Assembly: GCA_040753955.1 (NCBI GenBank)
Contig: JBFMDQ010000003.1
Coordinates: forward strand, 17,312-81,311
Direction: 5' to 3'
Length of the DNA: 64,000 nucleotides
Origin: Nitrospirota bacterium
GTDB taxonomy: Bacteria; Nitrospirota; Thermodesulfovibrionia; Thermodesulfovibrionales; SM23-35
Position numbers and translations under genes: made by a program. Positions 47,031-54,851 of this stretch are shown in pieces (the first letter of the stretch is position 1; each line of letters begins with the position of its first letter). The notes under the pieces are model-generated. The model was not told the origin of the DNA. It saw only the letters and a program-made list of their open reading frames with translations, and did no database searches.

Positions 47031-47163
47031 TTAAAGGAAATAGCCAAAGCCATTAAAAGGGCCATAAAAGAGAGATTCGGCATCTCACTATCCTGGAGAC
47101 CATCAGGGGTTAAAAGTGTAAATGTAAAATGAGGTACAGGTTGGTATTTCCACTGAGAGTTTC

Positions 47164-47634
47164 ATGACAATTTCTGTTGATGTTCAGACAAAGGTTTATG
47201 GTTCAGAAAAAGAAGCACAGATTCTGAAGAACATTTTAATTTCTAAATTAAAGAGGGAAAATTGGAAGGTGGTTGAAAGAGGAGGTCTTAATCTTTTAAT
47301 AGTCATTACCCATTTAAAACGGGTGGGGGGATTAAAAAGGTTTGTGATGGGATTTTTAGTAGGGCGTGCCTCTGTCAAGGCAGAAGTAACCCTTAAGGAT
47401 ATAAACGATAATTTGATAACTCAATTTTCTGTGAGCGGGGAATCTGCACCCTTTGAAATAATTCCTTTGATCACCATACCTTTCACTACCACAAGGCAAG
47501 CACTTAAAAAAGCGGCAAAACAGATATTAAATTCTCTAAGAGATGAAACACAGGGCAAAGGGCTCAAAGATTTGGCATTACAAAGTTTAAAAAACATTAA
47601 GAGTGAAACACAACATTATACTTTTAGAAAATAA
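47164..47634 (+). CDS. Hypothetical protein
   Basis: This is a 156-aa ORF with no family recognised. An upstream in-phase fragment without a start codon suggests a disrupted N-terminus. Confidence 0.4.
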   Translation: MTISVDVQTKVYGSEKEAQILKNILISKLKRENWKVVERGGLNLLIVITHLKRVGGLKRFVMGFLVGRASVKAEVTLKDINDNLITQFSVSGESAPFEIIPLITIPFTTTRQALKKAAKQILNSLRDETQGKGLKDLALQSLKNIKSETQHYTFRK

Positions 47635-48889
47635 CTGGTAGTTGACGCCTTGCAGTGGACATAAAGCCAAAGAGTTCCCCAGGATCAAGGTCACATCCAA
47701 TAACGGGAAGTTTTGGTGGTTCTTCTGGATTCATGAAATACTCTTTCCAGTTACCTATTATTTCCTTACCCATAGCCAATCCCATTTGATAAAGCACTGA
47801 GCCAGGAAATGGCTTGGGAATTCCAAACCAATAGGAGTCTAAATTGAGCTCCCTGGCAAATTCTAAGGTTCTTTTACAGGAGTTGGCATCTTCGCCGGGA
47901 TAGCCAAATAAAAAGGCAGCGAAGGTTTCCATGCCATATTTTTTAATCTGTTCACATGCCTCCCGTAGCTGAGAAGTAGTAAAGGGTTTATTTGCTCTCT
48001 TGAGAATAGCATCATCCCCTGAGTCAGCGGTCCAGAATCTTACCATCCCACAGCCATGCCTGGCTATCAATTCAATCTTCTTATTATTTAGAAGATTAGG
48101 TATAGAAGTAATTTCCCATTTCATTTTCCCCTCGAGTTTTTCCCTTTTGAATGCCTGACAAAAATCTTCGAGCCATTGCCCATCTTGCGTTAACATACAG
48201 TCTACAAAATGAACATGGTCATAACCTATCTGTGAAAGATATTTGAGTTCCTGGATTACACTTTTAACTGTCCTTCTTCTTACACCTGAACCAAAAACTT
48301 TAAAGCACGAACAGCTTATGCATTTATATGGACAGCCCCTTACTACATTAATATGTATAGGGATATTCTCCTGGCTAACTCTACCTTTCATCTCACGGAT
48401 AGGGAAAGGAAGTGCGTTTAAATCCTGGTACCTTTGTGGAGGAGAAGATATAATCTGACCACCCTTTCTAAAGAATAAACCATTGACCGATTCCAAATCG
48501 AATCCCATTTCCAGTGCCTGTATAAAATTAAGGACCACCTCCTCCCCCTCACCAGCTACAGTCAAATCTAAATCAGGACATTCCTCAAGTGTTAGGCCTG
48601 GCAATGCAGAGGTGTGAACACCCCCGCAAATGGTAGTACAGGAAGGTCTCTCCTTCTTAATTATCCTGGCTAAACGATATATTTCAGGCATCAAAAATGT
48701 CATAGAGGTAAATCCAATAATCTCATATCCCCCTTCATTGATATATGCCAGAAGTCTGTCATCAGGCATACCCGCAGTATTCAATATGCCTGCCATATGC
48801 CCTGATGCCCTAAACCTTGCTGCTATATAACCTATTCCCAGAGGCGGCGAATTCAGACTTATTTGAGAAATTACTAATAATACTCTCAT
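47624..48889 (-). CDS. B12-binding-domain radical SAM protein
   Basis: The 421-aa ORF has an N-terminal cobalamin-binding-like domain and a CxxxCxxC cluster (GCPYKCISC). Confidence 0.8.
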   Translation of the reverse strand: MRVLLVISQISLNSPPLGIGYIAARFRASGHMAGILNTAGMPDDRLLAYINEGGYEIIGFTSMTFLMPEIYRLARIIKKERPSCTTICGGVHTSALPGLTLEECPDLDLTVAGEGEEVVLNFIQALEMGFDLESVNGLFFRKGGQIISSPPQRYQDLNALPFPIREMKGRVSQENIPIHINVVRGCPYKCISCSCFKVFGSGVRRRTVKSVIQELKYLSQIGYDHVHFVDCMLTQDGQWLEDFCQAFKREKLEGKMKWEITSIPNLLNNKKIELIARHGCGMVRFWTADSGDDAILKRANKPFTTSQLREACEQIKKYGMETFAAFLFGYPGEDANSCKRTLEFARELNLDSYWFGIPKPFPGSVLYQMGLAMGKEIIGNWKEYFMNPEEPPKLPVIGCDLDPGELFGFMSTARRQLPVIF

Positions 48890-49059
48890 AAAAAATTATA
48901 AATCATCAGCTGCAAAATATCTTTCATTGATATTTCTGTTAAATAAGAGATGTCTTGATCTTTTACCCCGTTAGAAGGCCCCGTCCGTGAGGGCAGAGAT
49001 GATATAAATGAATTTTAAAATCCTCTTAGAAAAGGGGGGTGTTTAAAACTCCGTCCTTT

Positions 49060-49704
49060 CTAACGGGGTTTACTTTTACATGCCGGGCAGAATTCGTAGC
49101 CTTTTCTGTCTGTATCCGCTAAGGTGTTTGAAAAAAACATTACACATCGAGGGTTGTTGCAATGACCTAATCCATAGGTATGACCTAATTCATGAACAGC
49201 TTCAGTTAAGGCTCTCTTATTAAAAAGCTCTTTGTCTTCTGGTAAGCTATAAAATCCTTGCCTTAGACGGGTTAGGGAAATTACAGCCACTTTTTCGCTA
49301 GCCTCTCCAAAGACAAAATTTAACCGAGGCACATATAAATCGTGATCAACTACTCCCAAAACCTTTTCGTATGCGTTGTATCCTTTTTGCTTTATAAGGG
49401 TATTTAATATGGCCGTGGATAAATACTGATTTCTTTTCTTATCAAAGGCGTAATCAGGCTCCGGCATTGCTTTGCCAATAAATACCTTCTTGTTAAATAT
49501 CTTTCCTAAATGATTCTTAAGTCTCTCGATAGCCTCTTTGTTTACTTCTCCAACAGGCACCAAAACAATGCCTGCGCCCTGATTCCTTTCCTTTGCAAAT
49601 GAATCAACGTTTAAAAAGATTCTCGGTAAGTGGAATAAACCCGAGCAAGAAGCGATTATAAAGCCTAATTTCATTATATCAATCACGCGCACTGAGTTTA
49701 ACAA
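49060..49704 (-). CDS. amzA: Archaemetzincin-family zinc metalloprotease with an N-terminal hydrophobic extension
   Basis: It has the full signature HELGHTYGLGHC-x4-C.M...C..C (HExxHxxGx3Cx4CxMx17CxxC). Its stop codon lies inside a repeat arm. Confidence 0.85.
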   Translation of the reverse strand: MLNSVRVIDIMKLGFIIASCSGLFHLPRIFLNVDSFAKERNQGAGIVLVPVGEVNKEAIERLKNHLGKIFNKKVFIGKAMPEPDYAFDKKRNQYLSTAILNTLIKQKGYNAYEKVLGVVDHDLYVPRLNFVFGEASEKVAVISLTRLRQGFYSLPEDKELFNKRALTEAVHELGHTYGLGHCNNPRCVMFFSNTLADTDRKGYEFCPACKSKPR

Positions 49705-49718
49705 TGTTCCGGGTGAAT

Positions 49719-49991
49719 CTATCTTAATGCATCTTTAAATGCCTTACCAGCTGTAAACTTAGGAACCTTTGCGGCAGGTATTTTTAGTTCTTCGCCTGTT
49801 CTGGGATTACGGCCTTTTCTTGATTTCCTTTTAACAACTAAGAAAGTCCCGAAACCTACAAGGGTAACCTTTTGCCCTTTCTTTAAGGCTCCCTTTATGG
49901 AGTTTAAAGTAGAATCTAATGCCTTTGCGGCATCTGCCTTACTTAATTTTGCTCCTGAGGCAATTTTGTCAATGAGTTCCACCTTTGTCAT
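49719..49991 (-). CDS. hup: HU-family nucleoid DNA-binding protein
   Basis: The start is set at MTKVELIDKIA after GGAGGGGGA. The RNPRTGE...IPA arm motif is present. Length is 90 aa. Confidence 0.9.
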   Translation of the reverse strand: MTKVELIDKIASGAKLSKADAAKALDSTLNSIKGALKKGQKVTLVGFGTFLVVKRKSRKGRNPRTGEELKIPAAKVPKFTAGKAFKDALR

Positions 49992-50079
49992 TTCCCCCTC
50001 CTTAATATTATCAAATTTAAAACCGGTTAACAGTATCAAGAAAAAATCCCTACTGTCAAGGTTACTTCAAAATCTATAT

Positions 50080-50673
50080 TTAACCCCTCGGTTTTGCGAG
50101 TATCTCGAGGACTCTCAGATCAAGGAATCTCTTTGAGGCAGTGGATCTAATTACCATCACGGTATCTGCGCCCTTTGCGGTACCGGCAACTGCAAGTACT
50201 TCCTCTCCTTCTGGAATCAATCCTGCATCAGAAGCCATCATCACAATCTCGCAGCATACCTTTGGACCTTCGCCAAACCTCCTGAGGGATTGAGCAATAA
50301 TGAGTGTCGGGTAGGAACCGCCAAACTTTGAGGCAAGGGATGTCTCGATAGAATGAGTTAACATAGAACCTGTGAATACCTTTGCACCCTTTGCTTCTAT
50401 CTTCTTTCTTATCTCCTCTGGCATCTCCTGTGTATTCGGCTCCTTAAAGCCAGCTGAATGAGTTACGACGACAAGATTAATATCAGAACCCTCCAATGCC
50501 TCTGAGAAAAGAAGACCCGTATCTCCGCTTGTTGAGGCAACAACTACATGCTTATACCTTCCCCCTTTGAGTGCATTTTTAACAACCTCAAGGCAGGCAG
50601 CCGTATTCTCACTGCCGGGCTTTTCGAAATAAATAACCCTTCTTTCTATAGTATTCTTAGGTAATGAAACCAT
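50080..50673 (-). CDS. Pyruvate-kinase C-terminal (alpha/beta) domain-like protein
   Basis: The 197-aa ORF has the VVASTSGDTG pattern typical of stand-alone PK_C-like proteins. Confidence 0.6.
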   Translation of the reverse strand: MVSLPKNTIERRVIYFEKPGSENTAACLEVVKNALKGGRYKHVVVASTSGDTGLLFSEALEGSDINLVVVTHSAGFKEPNTQEMPEEIRKKIEAKGAKVFTGSMLTHSIETSLASKFGGSYPTLIIAQSLRRFGEGPKVCCEIVMMASDAGLIPEGEEVLAVAGTAKGADTVMVIRSTASKRFLDLRVLEILAKPRG

Positions 50674-50715
50674 GCCCAGACCTCATTATGGCTAAAATTT
50701 ATTCCAATTATTTTC

Positions 50716-52194
50716 CTATCCCAGAAACCTTCTCATATGCGCTGTCTCTATTATAAGGCTTTGAAGATTCTCTGTCCTCTTTTCTTTTAAAGATTGAATG
50801 ACTTCGTCTGTTACTGCCTTATGTGGCATGTCTGATTCATAGAAGAATAATTCTTTTGACCTTGTAGCAGCATCTCTGACCTTTACCCTTATATCTTTTG
50901 GGACAATACTGAAGACATTTTCATTGAGGTAACGCAGGGCTTCTCTCATTGCATCCCCAAGATTCACAAAGACCTCCTTCAAAAAGGCCAGATCGTCAGA
51001 ATCGAGAATATTAAAAGCAAGGATCTCTGGCGGAAGCCCAATCGAGTAACAGGATGCACAAAAACTTATCACCCTCGGGAGGGTCACTTTTCCAACACTT
51101 CTTGCATAACCAAAAAGTCCTATATGGAGTTTCCTCATCCTTCTTCTAGGCACATATTCAGCAACAAAGTTTATGAGAGGTGCAAGGGACTCAACCTGTC
51201 TTGCATATTCAGCAGAAATCTTCTGGATAATATTTATGCATCTTTCTTCATCCACATCCCAGCCCCGGCGTCTCGGTATCTGCTTGAGCCTCTGGATAGA
51301 AGATATTACATCACTGGCAGGATTGTCGTACTTGTAAGCCGATTGTGCTGTAAATGTCTGGGCATCAGGAAATTCGAAGCAGAGTTTCTCAGCGGTTGCT
51401 GGTTTAAAATTACCCCTGAAAGGGGCTGAGCCAACGCCTATGATAGGGAATATCTCTTTTCCAATCTTCTCTGAGAGCCTCCTTAACCTCTGGAGCGCTA
51501 TTTTGTTTAATAGCATAGCACTTATCATCCCATAGTTCATTGCAGGATCGGAATAGGCAAGGAAAACCCTCTGACGGGGAATATCTTTATCTTTTAAATA
51601 TTCTCTTAAAATGTTATGGGACTCAAGCAGGTGCTCTTTATCCTCGAACAGGGGAATGACGTTAATCCTTTCCGGTCTAAATTTACCTATCCACTCCGCA
51701 ATGGTAATATCGCCCCGGTAAAATCTCTGGTTCTCTTTGCCTGCAACAAAATCCTTGTAGTAGTAGTAAATCCTATTCAGACATTTTGCCGATGTGGTCA
51801 TTGGAAGAATGACCTCAAATATCGGGGGTTTGGCAGATTTATAGAAGACTTTTGCAGTATCAAAGGAACGGGGTATGCTCTCAAGAGTCTCAAGAAGAAC
51901 CTTTGCTTCTTCCTTTTCTACTGTCGGGTTAGGGGTTCTTAGGGTAATGAATACATCTTTTCCAATGACATTCTCTGCAAAAAAATGCTCATACTTGGTA
52001 AGGAGCTTTCTTATGACAAAGACATCGACCTCTTTGCCTTCACAATCCCACATCTGCTCGTCACACCCGAGATGCGAAAAGGCATAGTAAGCCTCCAGTA
52101 TTTCGTCATCACCTGACATATCTGGATGTTCAGCAAAAAAGGGTATCCTGACATTGTCAGGATGCTGTGTTGACATAACTCTCGGAATCTTCAT
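50716..52194 (-). CDS. ppcA: Archaeal-type phosphoenolpyruvate carboxylase
   Basis: The 492-aa ORF has the N-terminal IPRVMSTQHPDN signature. Its length is typical of the PpcA type rather than the ~900-aa bacterial Ppc. Confidence 0.85.
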   Translation of the reverse strand: MKIPRVMSTQHPDNVRIPFFAEHPDMSGDDEILEAYYAFSHLGCDEQMWDCEGKEVDVFVIRKLLTKYEHFFAENVIGKDVFITLRTPNPTVEKEEAKVLLETLESIPRSFDTAKVFYKSAKPPIFEVILPMTTSAKCLNRIYYYYKDFVAGKENQRFYRGDITIAEWIGKFRPERINVIPLFEDKEHLLESHNILREYLKDKDIPRQRVFLAYSDPAMNYGMISAMLLNKIALQRLRRLSEKIGKEIFPIIGVGSAPFRGNFKPATAEKLCFEFPDAQTFTAQSAYKYDNPASDVISSIQRLKQIPRRRGWDVDEERCINIIQKISAEYARQVESLAPLINFVAEYVPRRRMRKLHIGLFGYARSVGKVTLPRVISFCASCYSIGLPPEILAFNILDSDDLAFLKEVFVNLGDAMREALRYLNENVFSIVPKDIRVKVRDAATRSKELFFYESDMPHKAVTDEVIQSLKEKRTENLQSLIIETAHMRRFLG

Positions 52195-52284
52195 TGATAA
52201 TTAAAAAATCCATAAACTTAATGTATGAAACCCCCGGTGTCTTCACATAAATAATTAAAAGCTACCACAGTATGGTATCAAACC

Positions 52285-52563
52285 TTAGAAAAGGATCAAT
52301 TTTCTTTCTCTGGCAAAATTCTTGATTACTATTGAGGCTTGATGGAGCCTCTGAAGCCTCATATTTCTCCTCCTGATTGCCTGAGAATCACTGTAAGGAA
52401 ACTTCCCGGCCCTGATCTCTGACTGGGCCTTCATTATCTCATGATAGAGTTCCTTGAGGGAATCATCATCGAGGGGCTTCAAGAATATGGGATTAACAAC
52501 CAGATACCCCTCTGATATATCATAGGTAATTGCCCTGAGACTCTTTCCCCTCGTAGAAGGCAC
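52285..52563 (-). CDS. Hypothetical protein translationally coupled to tatC
   Basis: This 92-aa ORF starts at the last base of the tatC stop region. I recognise no family. Confidence 0.4.
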   Translation of the reverse strand: MPSTRGKSLRAITYDISEGYLVVNPIFLKPLDDDSLKELYHEIMKAQSEIRAGKFPYSDSQAIRRRNMRLQRLHQASIVIKNFARERKLILF

Positions 52564-53336
52564 TAAGTAGCCTCTCTTCTTATAAAAATTCTCGAGATGA
52601 GTATGCCTACCTCATAAAGAACTATTATAGGTACAGCCATCAGGATCTGGTTGAATGCATCAGGTGTTGGGGTAAGAATAGCAGCCACAACAAAAGCTAA
52701 TATAATAGCGTATTTTCTGTTTTTCGCCAATGTCTTCGGAGTTACAATACCCATACGTGCGGAAAAGATTATAGCGATAGGTAGTTCAAAGATTGCCCCA
52801 AAGGCCAGTATAAACTTAAGACAAAAGTCAACATATTTGCCTATAGAAAGCATCGGAGTCATAGATTCTGTCTTATAGGTAAGGAGGAAACCCATTGCGA
52901 GGGGGAGCACCAAAAAAAAACAGTATGCGGCACCGATCAAAAAGAAGGTTGTTGCGATTATGACAAAGGGAATCACATATTTTTTCTCTTTATGTAACAG
53001 GCCGGGTGATACAAATTTCCAGAGCTGTAAAAAAATTACAGGCAGGGATATAATCAGACCTGTAATCATGGAAATCTTAAGGTGCATCCAGAAGGCCTCG
53101 GCAGGGGCAAGAAATACAAGAGGTGGAATCTTTACTTTTTTCTCTACCATCACGGCAAAAGGCGACGAGGTACTGAATGAAATATCATATTTCAATGGAA
53201 TGGTCAGAAATCTAAACAGTTCCTCGGAATAGATAAAGGCTGCAACAAATCCTATTAAAAGTGCGATAAGAGATATAATAATCCTTTTTCTCAAATCTGA
53301 AAGATGCTCTGTTAAGGGCATCTTAATGTCTCTCAT
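52563..53336 (-). CDS. tatC: Twin-arginine translocase subunit TatC
   Basis: The 257-aa ORF has six TM segments and an N-terminal HL.ELR.R motif. Confidence 0.9.
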   Translation of the reverse strand: MRDIKMPLTEHLSDLRKRIIISLIALLIGFVAAFIYSEELFRFLTIPLKYDISFSTSSPFAVMVEKKVKIPPLVFLAPAEAFWMHLKISMITGLIISLPVIFLQLWKFVSPGLLHKEKKYVIPFVIIATTFFLIGAAYCFFLVLPLAMGFLLTYKTESMTPMLSIGKYVDFCLKFILAFGAIFELPIAIIFSARMGIVTPKTLAKNRKYAIILAFVVAAILTPTPDAFNQILMAVPIIVLYEVGILISRIFIRREAT

Positions 53337-53681
53337 CTAAGCCTCTTCCCTTTCTTCTTCCTTTTCCTCTACCTTCTTATCTGCGTTCATCACCCTAAAC
53401 TCAGTCTCTACCTGCTCCTTTACATCCTGTAGTGACCTTTTAAATTCAGCGAGCTCTTTGCCAAGTGGCCCTTTCTCTCCACCCTCTACTGCCTCTTTAA
53501 TATTAGAGGTGGTCTCCTTAAACTCAGTCTCTACCTGCTCCTTTACATCCTGTAGTGACCTTTTTAGTTCAGCAAGGCCTTTGCCAAGTGCCCTGCCTAA
53601 TTCAGGAACCCTCTTTGGCCCGAAGACAAGGAGGACAACAATAAATATCACTATCAGCTCCTGCAAACCAATATCAAACAC
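53337..53681 (-). CDS. tatA: Twin-arginine translocase TatA/TatB-family protein with an internally duplicated tail
   Basis: It has an N-terminal TM helix plus the hinge FGPKRVPELGR. A 41-codon duplication carries KRSLQDVKEQVETEF twice. Confidence 0.85.
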   Translation of the reverse strand: MFDIGLQELIVIFIVVLLVFGPKRVPELGRALGKGLAELKRSLQDVKEQVETEFKETTSNIKEAVEGGEKGPLGKELAEFKRSLQDVKEQVETEFRVMNADKKVEEKEEEREEA

Positions 53682-53689
53682 TGCCTAAA

Positions 53690-54478
53690 CTATTCCTCCT
53701 CATATACCTTTTTAATAGCCTTCTTTTCAGATGGTAACAAAAATGTCACCGAGAATATTATCCTGTACTCAGGGCCTCTATTTTTAAGATCAAACCCCGC
53801 GCCTAAAGTCGTATATATCAGGTCTGTAGTCTTTATCCTGTAACCGACCCTTCCCTCTAAGGAGTCAAATTCCTTAGAGTCATGACTTTTCTTGGAGTAT
53901 AATTCAGCAAGGATCTTAACATTATGAGCTGCGGCGAAGTCCAGACCTGCTCCCAAAATTATCTCCTCATCGAGACTCCCCTTACCAGGCCTTTCGTAAA
54001 AAAAATTTGCATGCCCCTTAACTGGGCCCATCCTTTTGCTTACAATGAGGCCGCCCCCGAAACGCCCATCTGTGCTGAACTCATCCCGTCCCGATGGTAT
54101 AGAGGCATTCAGAATATATGCTATGGATAGCCCATACTTGCCCTCATCGAAAAACCTGTGCTTTAACCCGAGGGCAATATCCTCGAACCCATCCACCAAG
54201 TCAGCCCATTTATGTATATAAGGGATAGTCATGTTGAACTCAACAGCATCTGTAATGCCATATGCTGTCTTGAAAAAAAACCTGTAAAAATCTGGCTCTA
54301 TCAATATTTCGGCATCCGTAGAAAAAGCGACCTTACCTTTTGAGAGACTCTCGGCACTGAAGGTCGAAAAAACCCCATAGGGAGGAGTAGGCTGTAGACC
54401 GGTTATATCAAAACCATAGGAATCTTTATGCAGGGAAAGAATCATTAAAATAACAGGAAGCAGAAGGTACTTTCTCAT
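53690..54478 (-). CDS. Outer-membrane beta-barrel protein (MetA-pathway/transporter-like family)
   Basis: It has a signal peptide (MRKYLLLPVILMILSL) and alternating amphipathic strands. The start is set at M13 of the tracked ORF. Confidence 0.55.
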   Translation of the reverse strand: MRKYLLLPVILMILSLHKDSYGFDITGLQPTPPYGVFSTFSAESLSKGKVAFSTDAEILIEPDFYRFFFKTAYGITDAVEFNMTIPYIHKWADLVDGFEDIALGLKHRFFDEGKYGLSIAYILNASIPSGRDEFSTDGRFGGGLIVSKRMGPVKGHANFFYERPGKGSLDEEIILGAGLDFAAAHNVKILAELYSKKSHDSKEFDSLEGRVGYRIKTTDLIYTTLGAGFDLKNRGPEYRIIFSVTFLLPSEKKAIKKVYEEE

Positions 54479-54518
54479 TTTTTCAAAAATAACAGAAAAG
54501 CCCAGGACTGTCAATGAA

Positions 54519-54851
54519 CTAAATAGAGCTCTGTTTCAGAAGCTCCTGAGCCTGCGCCAGATTCAACCTGTCGCCGATTTTATCAAAGATCGTCTCAGCG
54601 CGTTTCAGAAAGAGGGGATCTCCTGTCCGTTTGCCCATTTCCAGATATGTCATACCCAGGTCACAACAGGCCCCCAGCTTTTCTGCTGCTAACAGGCTTC
54701 GTTGCCACCACTTTTTGGCAGCAGCAGGCCTGCCATTGGCCCACTCATAGGTGCCTCGCACACGAAAGGCATGCGGTAACCCACCGCGACAGATCTTGGC
54801 TTCTTTCAGGGCTGTCTGGCATGCCAGCTTTGTTTTTTTAGCATCTCGGTC
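54519..54851 (-). pseudogene. Out-of-frame C-terminal continuation of the cyclase-STAND-TPR gene
   Basis: The -1 frame is open from just downstream of a TGA at about 54851 through to 54519. It reads ...KLACQTALKEAKICRGGLPHAFRVRGTYEWANGRP...LGM.., a typical terminal TPR segment. The frames meet at an A7 run (54833-54839). Confidence 0.7.
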
